A DNA stretch of 64,000 nucleotides from the human T2T-CHM13v2.0 reference genome, Homo sapiens. Shown here piece by piece: positions 30,320-41,820 of the stretch. A program made the position numbers and the translations under genes. The DNA is taken from the NCBI RefSeq assembly GCF_009914755.1, contig NC_060930.1; one strand, 5' to 3'. Every line of letters starts with the position of its first letter. The first letter of the stretch is position 1. The notes under the pieces are model-generated. The model worked only from the letters and a program-made list of their open reading frames with translations, searched no databases and was not told the DNA's origin.

Positions 30320-30981
30320 TGTTGGGGCAAGAGAAAAGTTCTCTTTGGCCCCTGAAGATTTGCTGAAAAATCAACTCACAGAAGATAGAGTAATTGGATA
30401 AAAGGCAAACAAATTTATTCAACAGGTATACATGGGAGCCTTCAGAATGAAGACTCAAAGATACAAGGGAAATTTCTGTTGACCAAGAATTCAAGTGAAG
30501 TTTTATGCTTAGGTTCAACAAAGTAGGAACAGCTATGTAGAAACATGATTGGACAGAAAGGGTATGATCTGATGCTAATAGACTGAGCGGGGAAACCCAG
30601 CACGGCCCGTCTAGATTCCTGTTGGCCTCTCTGAGCACGCATTCCTGCCTCTGGGTGTGGGGCAGGACCCCCTCTGGATTGAGGGTCTCATGACCTACAG
30701 TCAAACAAGATGGATCAGATCATTTCTTTACAGCCAGTTTTTACACAGAAAGGTGGAGGGAAAGGCAGAGTAATATGTTTTGTTTTCACAGCTGGCTTTG
30801 AAGAAAAGGGGTTCTGGTTTCTATGACCTGCCTTGGGGAAGAGTGATTCTAGTTTTTATAGCTACCCTTGGGGGAGAAAAGGACTGAAGCAAGAGGGGAG
30901 AAAAAGTTCAGAAGAAAACTTTCGTTTCTGAGGCTGCTTCTGCTGCCTTCATTTTGGGGTATTGTTTTCTGAGCCCCAACA
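30320..30981 (-). mobile_element. MER39/MER34-like ERV1 LTR nested in the provirus
   Basis: Minus strand starts tgttggggctcagaaaacaataccccaaaatgaagg; 9-bp inverted termini tgttggggc / gccccaaca. Confidence 0.8.
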
Positions 30982-31419
30982 TGTGTATTTATGTATGTCT
31001 GTTTATATGTTATGTATATCATATTTTCCTACCTCAGATACTATTTCCAAATTAATTTATAAAATCTCTTAAAGAAGATCCATTTGATTGGCTTAAAGGA
31101 AAAGATGTACTCTTATGAATTAAGGATTCCTTAAACTCTTTGGAAGTTCAGAAACTAACCCAAATGCTTTCAGAGTTTACATGACTTTGGTAAATAAGAT
31201 TTGTTTAATATTGTTGATTTTTCTAAGATAATTGTTGTAAAAATAAAGAGAATTTTTAAAAATATTTTTGGGTTAATGATAAACAGCTGTGTCTCCTCTC
31301 CTGACTTACATGTAAAAAAACATGCATGTAACTTTTAGTTTCTTGCTTTGATGATAACTGCCTAATATGCACATGCTGTAAAAATAGTTAACAGGGAAAT
31401 GACTTAAGATAATGGCTAG

Positions 31420-31719
31420 TTTTTGTTTGTTTGTTTCTGAGACAGAGTCTTGCTCTGTTGCCCAGGCTGGCATGCATTGGTACCATCTCAGCTCACTGCA
31501 ACCTCCGGCTCCCTGGTTCAAGAGATTCTCCTGCCTCCGCCTCCTGAGTGACTAGGACTATAAGCGCATGCCACCATGCCCGACTAATTTTTGTATTTTT
31601 AGTAGACATGGGGTTCCATCATGTTGGCCAGGCTGGTCTCAAACTCCTGACCTCAAGTGATCCACCTGCCTCACCCTCCCAAAGTGCTGGATTACAGGTG
31701 TGAGCCACCACACCCAGCC
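31420..31719 (-). mobile_element. AluSx/Sz
   Basis: TSD gataatg(g/a)ctagtttt. Confidence 0.9.
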
Positions 31720-31950
31720 TGATAATGACTAGTTTTGTTTAATGTCTTGTGAAAATTTTCATGAGCAATTCAAGCATAACTGTTAAGAATAAGGGAATTA
31801 GGTGAATGTAAGTGAGATAAAAGTTTATAAGTAAACTTTTCATAGTTTCAAAATTCTCTTTGGTAGCTCAAAAGCTTTAAAGTTATGGTAAGTTAATTAG
31901 GTAATAGGTATTCATTAAATGCCTGGGTCATTTCTAATTAAGTTTAAATA

Positions 31951-32271
<321 letters not shown>

Positions 32272-32296
32272 CTAAATGTTAGTTTATGTTTAAATA

Positions 32297-35200
32297 TGGG
32301 GAGAAAAGAACCAAGTTGGGAAACATACTTCAGGATATCATCCAGGGGAAGTTCCCCAACCTAACAAGACAGGCCAACATTCAAATTCAGGAAATCCAGA
32401 AAACCCCAGTAAGATATTCCATGAGAAGATCAACCCCAAGACATATAATCATCAGATCCTCCAAGGTCAAAACAAAGGAAAAAAATGTTGAGGGCAGCCA
32501 GAGAGAAAGGCTGGGTCACCCACAAAGAGAAACCCATCAGACTAACAGCAGACCTCTCAGCAGAAACCCTACAAGCCAGAAGAGATTGGGGGTCAATATT
32601 CAACATTCTTAAAGAAAATAATTTCCAACCCAGAATTTCATATCTGGCCAAACTAAGTTTCATAGGCAGAGAAGAAATAAAATCCTTTTCAGACAAGCAA
32701 ATGCTGAGGGAATTCATCACCACCAGGCCTGCCTTGCAAGAACTCCTGAAGGAAGCACTAAATATGGAAAGGAAAAACTGTTACCAGCCACTGCAAAAAC
32801 ACGCTGAAGTGCAAAGACCAATGACACTATGAAGCAACTACATCAACAAGTCTGCAAAATAACCAGCCAGCATCATGATGACAGGATCAAATTCACACAT
32901 AACAATATTAACCTTAAATGTAAATAGGCCAAATGTCCCAGTAAAAAGACACAGAATGGCAAGCTGGATAGAGTCAAGACCCATTGGTGTGCTATATTCG
33001 AGATCCATCTCAGTGCAGACACGCATAGGCTCATTATAAAGGGATGGAGGAAAATTTGCCAAGCAAATGGAAAGCAGAAAAACGCAGGGGTTGCAATCCT
33101 AGTTTCTGGCAAAACAGACTTTAAACCAACACAAATCAAAAAAGACAAAAAAGGGCATTACATAGTGGTAAAGGGTTCAATTCACAGGAGGAGCTATCTT
33201 AAAAATATATGCACCCAATACAGGAGCACCCAGATTCATAAAACAAGTTTTTAGAGACCAACAAAGAGACTTAGACTCCCACACAATAATAGTGGGAGAC
33301 TTTAACACACCACTGTCAATATTAGACAGATCATTGAAACAGAAAAGTAACGAGGATATTCACGACTTGAACTCAGCTCTGGATCAAGTGGACCTTGATA
33401 GATATCTACAGAACTCTCCACCCAAAAATAACAGAATATACATTCTTCTCAGCAACACATGGGACTTACTCTAAAACTGGTCACATACTTGGAAGTAAAA
33501 CACTCCTCAACAAATGCAAAAGAACTGAAATCATAACAAACAAACAGGCTCTCAGACCACAGAGCAATCAAATTAGAACTCAAGATTAAGAAACTCACTC
33601 AAAACCATACAACTACACAGAAATTGAACAACCTGCTCCTGAATGACTCCTGAGTAAATGATGAAATTAAGGCAGAAATCAAGAAGTTCTTTGCAACCAA
33701 TGAGAACAAAGAGACGACATACCAGAATCTCTGGGATGCAGCTAAAGCAGTGTTAAGAGGGAAACTTACAGCACTAAGTGCCCACATCAAAAGGCTAGAA
33801 AGATCTCACTTTCTAGCTTTTGTTAGAGAATTGACACCCTAACATCACAACTAAAATAACTAGAGAACCAAGAGCAAACCCCAAAGCTTGCAGAAGACAA
33901 GAAATAACCAAAATCAGAGCAGAACTGAAAGAAATAGAGATATGAAAAACCCTTCAAAAAAAATCAGTGAATCCAGGAGCTGGTTATTTGAAAAAAATAA
34001 AATAGATAGTCCACTAGCTAGACTAATGAAGAAAAGAGAGGAGAATCAAATAGACACAATAAAAAATGAGAAAGGGGATATCACCACTGACCCCACAGAA
34101 ATACAAACAATATTATAAACACCTTTATGCAAATAAACTAGAAAATCTGGAATAAATGGATAAATTCCTGGACACATACACCCTCCCAAGACTGAACCAG
34201 GAAGACAATGAATCCCTGAATAGACCAATAGCAAGTTCTGAAACTGAGGCAGTAATAACTAGCCTACCAACGAAAAAAGGCCCAGGACCAGATGGATTTA
34301 CAGCTGAATTCTACCAAAGGTAAAAAGAGGAGCTGGTACCATTCCTTCTGAAACTATTCCAAACAATTGAAAAGGAGGGACTTCTCCCTAATCCATTTTA
34401 TGAAGCCAGCATCATTCTGATACCAAAACCTGGCAGAGATACAACAAAAAAAAGAAAACTTCAGGCCAATATCCCTGATGCAAAAATCCTCAGTAAAATA
34501 CTGGCAAACCGAATCCAGTGGCACATCAAAAAGCTTATCCACCATAATCAAGTCGGCTTCATACCTGGGATGCAAAGCTGATTCAACATATGCAAATCAA
34601 TAAATGTAATTCATCACATAAACAGAACTAAAGACAAAAACCACATGATTATCTCAATAAATGCAGAAAAGGCCTTCAATAAAATTCAACATCCTTTCAT
34701 GTTAAAAACTCTCAACAGACCTCAAAATAATAAGAGCAATTTATGACAAACCAACAGCCAATGTCATACTGAATAGGCAAAATCTGGAAGCATTCACCTT
34801 GAAAAACTACACAAGACAAGGATGCCCTCTCTCAGCACTCCTATTCAACATACTATTGGAAGTACTGCCCAGGGCAATCAGGCAAGAGAAAGAAATAGAG
34901 GGTATTCAAAAAGGAAGAGAGGAAGTCAATATATAATATATACATTATATACTATATGTAATTATATATAATATGTAATATAATATGTAATATATATTAT
35001 AAATTATAATTAATATGTAAATACAAATATTACAAAGACACATGCATGCATATGCTCACTACAGCACTATTCACAATAGCAAATACATGGAATCAATCCA
35101 AATGCCCATCAATGATAGACTGGATAAAGAAAATATGGTATATATACACCATGGAATACTGTGCAGCCATAAAAAAGGAACAAGATCATGTCCTTTACAG

Positions 35201-35518
35201 GGACATGGATGGAGCTGGAAGCCATTATCTTCAGCAAACTATGAAGGAACAGAAAACCAAATATCGCATATTCTCATTTATAAGTGGGAGCTAAACAGTA
35301 AGAACACATGGACACATGGAGGGGAACAACACATACTGGGGCCTGTTGGTGGGGAGAGTCGGGGGAAGGAGAGCATCAGGATAAATAGCTAATGCATGCA
35401 GGACTTAATACCTAAGTGATGGGTTGATAGGTGCAGCAAACCACCATGGCACACGTTTACCTACTTAACAAACTGGCACGTCCTGCACATGCATCCTGGA
35501 ACTTAAAATTCAAAAAAA
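32297..35518 (+). mobile_element. 5'-truncated, internally deleted L1PA (L1PA11-14-like), defective
   Basis: ORF1 C-terminus (PIRLTADLSAETLQARRDW), endonuclease motif GDFNTPLS, partial RT, then a jump to the ORF2 C-terminus and 3'UTR; many frameshifts and stops. Confidence 0.92.
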
Positions 35519-35774
35519 TTTTTTTAAGTTTTAGAAGGCTTTTGAAAGAGAAATTTTATATGTGGTCAAGATGGTCAAAATTGAATAAAATTATTTAAGG
35601 GTTTTAAAAAAACTGAACCTTATATCAAAAGTACCTTGGTACAAAACTTGAAGCCGGTTTCTCTAAGTTAAAAAAAAAAGTTTTATTGGAAAAACGTTTT
35701 CTTAAGTGCTCTGCCTAGAAAACAAAGAATTGATGTTTCATCAAAATGATTTCCTGTGCTTTATGCTGTCTTTT

Positions 35775-36926
35775 TTTTTTTTTTTTTTTTTTGCATACGT
35801 ATGAACAGTTTATTTCAGGCATAAGGCATGCACACATATTACAGCTTCATGGAAGTCCACGCTACCTCAGATTTATTCAACATTCAACAAGTTTTCTACT
35901 GAGCTTCTACATGTGCTGGGCTCCAGTAGACCTCATGAGGAAGGACACAAAATCCTGAGTAGGATATTTTCAGATCCTATGCCTGGGGCCAGACTAGCTA
36001 CATAAGTGTCCCTCAAGCTTCCGACTAACGTCTGAAACTAGAAGTGATTAAAATGACATAGCTCTTCTCCAGTATTTAACTTTTCTTGTTTAAATAATTA
36101 TTTATCCATATGAGATAAAATTCACTATTTCACCAACAATTGATAAGGAAAATCTAACATGAACTAGTTTAAGCAAAAGGGGAAATTTTGCAAAAAGTTC
36201 ACAAGTAAATTTGACTTCTGGCTTGACAGGGTTCAGGAACTTAAATTATGTTCTCAGATCCAAGTGTCTGATATATCAGCTCTGTTGGCTTCTTTCTTAG
36301 ACTCCACATGTTTAGCAAGATGGCTGCCCACAGTGCAGTTTCTTATATTTTCTTCTATAAATGTTCTGTACCTGACTCTTATTGGCCTATATTGGGTCAC
36401 AGGCCAGGGGAATGACATCTCTGATTGGCCAGTCTGAGTCACATGTTCATCCCTGGAATCAGGGATAGAGTTAAGTCTAGTTGAAGTACTTAGGGTGGTT
36501 CTCCTAGAAGTTCAAATTATTAATAGCATTAACTAAAAGAAAGGAAAATATATACTGCTTAGCCAAAAAAGAGCATATATGTTCACCACATGATACACTT
36601 ATGTCTCTCAGGAGGTAAAAATTTCTATCTGTAAACAGGGTGCTTCAACAGAAAGAACTAAAAATTTTTTAGTTCTAATGTTAGCTTAACTGCTTTTAGT
36701 TTCATGACAGAGTTCTTGTAAGAAGTAAATGAGTATGCAGTGAAAGTATTTCATTAACATCTGAATAATGCTTTATAATTAAATACCATCACCATTACTC
36801 GAGAGGCTGAGAATGTATCTGTTGGAGAGGTATCTTTTGAATATCTGAATCTCATCAAAGCCACCCAGTAACAAAGTTTATGAACATAATGAAGAAGTTG
36901 TAGAAGATATTTTGTATTGCCCATTT
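35775..36926 (-). other. Polyadenylated retrocopy or orphan 3' transduction of unknown source
   Basis: T22 at 35771-35792; AATAAA on the minus strand at 35809-35814, 16 nt from the tail; TSD tgtctttt at 35767-35774 and 36927-36934; interrupts ERV internal sequence. Confidence 0.75.
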
Positions 36927-37536
36927 TGTCTTTTATTAGAACTTTTAATTAAGAAAACAGAGCATTCTCAATGTTAAATTTTTTTTTTTCAACTGTGTAA
37001 CTTTTCTGTATTTGTCTTTAAAATCCTTTGTCATTCTGGTACTGTCCCATAATGATCTGTGATCCTAGTTAATGAAGTGTTTTGATATTTTTGACAAACT
37101 TTCCAAACCAAGCCTTTGATATTGATAAAAATCAAACCTTTAACATTGCTATTAATATTGACAAACATTTTGGTATTTTTGACAAACTTTCCAAAATCAA
37201 ATTCTTAAAATTAAGCCTTTTTTACCCCACATTGACTTTGGAACCTCCCAGGGGCCCTGGAAGGTCTTCTTATAAAAGAGAAATGTTAAGCTAATTAGGC
37301 TTAATTGATACATTAAATTTGCAGAATAAACATTGTCAAATAAGCAATCATGATTGAGTGTTTACGTGTTCCAGAAATTATGTGAAATTCCGAGAAGTCT
37401 GATATGTCCTGGCATAATGTTATCAGTCATAATTCTGGTTATTATGTTAAAATGTTGTATGTCACAGAAATAATGATTTTACCTGTCAGTTGTGTCATTA
37501 TCATAATAAACTCTCATTAGATCTTTAACCATGACC

Positions 37537-37790
37537 TTTTTTTTTTTTTTTTTTTTTTTTTTTCAGATGGAATCTCACTCTCTCGCCCAGGCTGGAGTGC
37601 AGTGGCGCCATCTCAGCTCACTGCAGTAGCTGGGACTACAGGCGCCCGCCACCACACTCGGCTAATTTTCTGTATTTTTAGTAGAGACGGGGTTTCACCA
37701 TGTTAGCCAGGATGGTCTCAATCTCCTGACCTCGTGATCTGCCCACCTCGGCCCCCAGAGTGCTGGGATTACAGGTGTGAGCCACCGCAA
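37537..37790 (-). mobile_element. AluY/Sc with ~45-bp right-arm deletion
   Basis: ctcactgc|agtagctggg junction; TSD aaccatgacc. Confidence 0.88.
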
Positions 37791-37901
37791 CCATGACCAT
37801 TTTAAGTCTTGTCATCCATAGACAGTAAATTGTTTCACTCTGATGCTCTCCTGAAAGGTTTTGCAAGCAGCTATAATCCTAAAATAGTGTATCTCTAAGG
37901 A

Positions 37902-38041
37902 TAAGAACTTCCAGAACTCTAAGTTCTTACACAGTCCAATAGTATATTCCTATGTTACCGGAAACCTGTACTTGTCAGAGTTCTTTCCATAAATTTCCTA
38001 GGAATATACTATTGGACTGAGTAAGAACTTCCAGAACTCTA
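37902..38041. repeat. Nested direct (20 bp) and inverted (32 bp) repeats
   Basis: 37902-37921 equals 38022-38041; 37921-37952 is the reverse complement of 37999-38030 (31/32). Confidence 0.92.
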
Positions 38042-38043
38042 GT

Positions 38044-38391
<348 letters not shown>

Positions 38392-38468
38392 TCATAAGTT
38401 GCTAGCCCAACATCAAGCAAAATGAGAATTAATTATGTGGAACTAAATGAACTGATGAAAAAGAATCA

Positions 38469-38768
38469 GGCTGGGTGCAGTGACTCATGCCTGTAATCCC
38501 AGCATTTTGGGAGGCTGAGGCAGGCAGATCACTTGAGCCGAGGAGTTCAAGACCAGCCTGGCCAACACAGCAAAACCCTGTCTCTACTAAAAATACAAAA
38601 AATTAGCTGGGAATGCTAGTACATGCCTGTAATCCCAGTTACTCAGGAGGCTGAGGCATAAGAACCACTTAAATCCTGAAGGCGGAGGTTGCAGTGAGCC
38701 ACGATTGTGCCACTGCACTCCAGCCTGGGTGACAGGGCAAGACTGTCTCAAAAAGAGAGAGAGAGAGA
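38469..38768 (+). mobile_element. AluSx/Sz with (GA)n tail
   Basis: Full dimer. Confidence 0.88.
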
Positions 38769-38778
38769 AATAATTCAG

Positions 38779-38915
38779 TTTTTGTTTTGTTTTGTTTTTG
38801 TTTTAGAGACATGTTGCCCAAGCTGGCTCGACTCAAACTCCTCGGCTCAAGCAGTCTTTCCATCTCAGCCTCCTGAGTAGCTGGGACTACAGGCATATGC
38901 CACCACATCCAGCAG
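38779..38915 (-). mobile_element. FLAM_A-like Alu monomer
   Basis: Short diverged monomer with (TTTTG)n tail. Confidence 0.7.
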
Positions 38916-39080
38916 TAATTTTTTAAAATTATCTTTTGCATATTTGTATTTCAGATTTAAGGGATTTTTAAAATCTATCTATAGTTTACAAGAATTTGGT
39001 AAATTATACCTTTGTAACATAATTGAAACAATCCCTTTTTTCTCCCTACTTGATCTCTCCATAATTCAGAAACTGTTAGT

Positions 39081-40002
39081 GAGAAAGGGTTGTGCTCTGT
39101 CGCCCAGGACAGAGTACAGTGCCATCATCATGGCCTCCTGCAGCGTTGACCTCCCAAGCTCAAGTGATCCTCTTACCTCAGCCCCAGGTAGATGGGACTA
39201 CAGGCATGTAACATGATACCCAGCTGATTTGTTTGTTTTTTGTAGAGACAGGGTCTCACTATGTTGCCCAGGCTGGTCTTGAACTCCTGGGCTCAAGAAA
39301 TCCTCCCACTGAGTGTAAACTAGTTCAACCATTGTGGAAGACAGTGTGGCAATTCCTCAAAGATCTAGAACTAGAAATACCATTTGACCCAGCCATCCCA
39401 TTACTGAGTATATACCCAAAGGATTATAAATCATGCTACTATAAAGACACATGCACATGCATGTTTATTGCGGTACTGTTCACAATAGCAAAAACTTGGA
39501 ACCAACCCAAATGTCCATCAATGATAGACTGGATTAAGAAAATGTGGCACATATACACCATGAAATACTATGTAGCCATAAAAAAGGATGAGTTCATGTC
39601 CTTTGCAGGGACATGGATGAAGCTGGAAACCATCATTGTCAGCAAACTATCACAAGGACAGAAAACCAAACACCGCATGTTCTCACTTATAGGTGGGAAT
39701 TGAACAATGAGAACACATGGACATAGGGAGGGGAATATCACACACCGGGGCCTGTTGTGGGGTGGGGGGCTGGGGGAGGGATAGCATGAGGAGAAATACC
39801 TAACGTAAACGATAAGTTGATGAGTGCAGCAAACCAACATGGCACATGTATACCTACCTAACAAACCTGCACATTGTGCACATGTACCCTAGAACTTAAA
39901 GTATTATAATAATAATAAATAAATAAAATAAAATAAAAAGAAATCCTCCCACCTCGACCTCCCAAAGTGCTGGGATTATAGGCGTGAGCCACCACACCTG
40001 GC
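39081..40002 (-). mobile_element. AluJ split by an L1PA insertion
   Basis: Alu halves at 39081-39309 and 39938-40002. Confidence 0.85.
39310..39937 (+). mobile_element. L1PA (PA6/7-like) 3' fragment, ~630 bp
   Basis: ORF2 C-terminus (CKLVQPLWK...SLIGGN*), 3'UTR, tail; 15-bp TSD aagaaatcctcccac at 39295-39309 and 39938-39952. Confidence 0.95.
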
Positions 40003-40299
40003 TGAATATTCTTATTTTATGACAATATAGTTATCTGCATAAGTTCAATAAGAATTTGTTCTCTTTATAACAGAATACAATTGGAAACATTGGTTATTTT
40101 ACCAAGGCTTTGGCTGGAGCATCATATTTGAAAATGTGCATAGACTACTGGGTTTTTTAGCCTTATGAAAAGAAGGCCCAGAAACTTTAAATATATTTTA
40201 AAGATCTGAAGAAGAGAAGAATTCATCCAAACCTATTGGCATTACAGGTATGATGGCATGAGAGATGAGTCCGTGGCTTGGCTTCCTAGTCTGGAAAGG

Positions 40300-40725
40300 T
40301 GATATAGTTTGGATATTTGTCCCTTCCACACCTTATGTTGAAATATGATCCCCACTGTTGGAGGTGGAGCCTAGTGGGAGGTGTTTGGTTTATGGGAGTG
40401 GATCCCTCATGAATGGCTTGATGCCCTCCCTGAAGTAATGCGTGAGTCTCATTCTATTAGTTCATACAAGAGCTGGTTGTTTAAAAGAGCCTGGCGCCTC
40501 CTCCTCTCTCTTTTCTCTTGCTCCCTCCCTTGCTATGCGACACATCGGTTCCCCTTGCCTTTCACCATGAATTAAAGCTTCCTGAGGCCCTCACCAGAAG
40601 CCAAGCAGATGCTTGCACCATGACTTTTGTATAACCTGCAGAACTGTAAGCCAAATAAACATCTTTTCTGTGTAAATTACCCAGCCTCACGTATTCCTTT
40701 AGAGCAATGCAAAACAGACTAGACA
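40300..40725 (+). mobile_element. MSTB MaLR solo LTR
   Basis: TG...CA termini; 5-bp TSD aaagg at 40295-40299 and 40726-40730. Confidence 0.9.
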
Positions 40726-41280
40726 AAAGGCTTTTAAAAGTCTAATCTGAGATTCCTGACCAAATGTTTCAGTAAAGTAGGCATAAAAAGAGCTTGTGTG
40801 GTCAATCACTATTCTTGTTACACTTGTATAGCTGATCAGCCCATGTTAATGAGATTAGACTTGTTTTGCAGGCTGATTGATCTTCCCATGATTGACTTTG
40901 GTGGGGATGGGGATGATTGAGAGAATAATTATGTTTCAGGAGAAAAACTATTGTGCACTCATTATTAGATTCTAGCTCTGTTCATTTTGTAAAGCTTTTA
41001 CTTGTAAACTGGACTAGATCCTGGATTCTTTTAGTTTCCTTCAATATCTGGTTGTAACTCTTCAAACTAACATTTCCAATTTTCTCCTATCTTTCTGACT
41101 TGGAATCACTAAGAACAAAAACTGCCCTTTTCCGGAAGCCCTGCAAGCTGAAGCTGGACAACTTAATCTAGACTTAAAGAGAACTCACCACCACAGCTTA
41201 CGTATGGACAACTTTTGTGCCTGTTGCTGTGAGCTGCTCAGACATCACTGGAAACATTCAAACTGCAAAAGATGCTTCAA

Positions 41281-41566
41281 AGTCAGGTATGATGGCTCAT
41301 GCCTATAGTCCCAGGTACTCAGAATGCTGAGGTGGGACAATCACTTGAGGCCAGAAATTCAAGACCAGCCTGGGTAACATAGTGAAACCCCATATCCAAA
41401 AATAATAATAATAAGAAGAAATAAATAGCTAGGCATGGTGGCATGTGCCTCTAGCCCCAGCTACTCAGAAAGTTGAGGCAGGAGGATCCCTTGAATCTAG
41501 AAGTTCAAGACCAGCCTGGGCAACATAACGAGATCCTGTCTCTGAAAAAAAAAGGTTAAAAAATAT
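41281..41566 (+). mobile_element. Tandem pair of FLAM-type (left-arm) Alu monomers
   Basis: Both monomers have ttcaagaccagcctggg and lack the right-arm insert; TSD aagatgcttcaaa at 41269-41281 and 41567-41579. Confidence 0.8.
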
Positions 41567-41664
41567 AAGATGCTTCAAATCCAACATCTGGTAATCTTCT
41601 TGACTGATTGCCCTCTGGACTCAGAGACCATGTTTCTAGCCATTAACCTTTGTTTTTACTTTGT

Positions 41665-41820
41665 CTGTTTTAGTTGGTTTGGTGCATGGGAGCCCTGGCT
41701 AAGGGGCATACACCACACTCTTGGTATTATCTTCCTGACAGTCATAATAGTAGTCTCCCTCTCAAAAGGTCTAAAACGTTTGCGTGCAGCATTAGTTGAA
41801 TGGCAAATGGTCTCTATGTG
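41665..41820 (+). pseudogene. Retroviral env transmembrane-subunit remnant
   Basis: FSWFGAWEPWLRGIHHTLGIIFLTVIIVVSL: Trp-rich membrane-proximal segment plus hydrophobic anchor just upstream of the PPT and 3' LTR. Confidence 0.6.

Noticed and set aside
30180-30704. 174-aa minus-strand ORF
   Set aside because: Lies across an LTR and ERV leader; no gag, pol or env motifs.
35518-35792. Retrocopy as a 3' transduction of the adjacent L1PA
   Set aside because: Opposite orientation, separated by ERV internal sequence, and it has its own TSD.
39233-39703. 156-aa ORF
   Set aside because: Chance fusion of antisense Alu and L1 ORF2 tail across the insertion junction.
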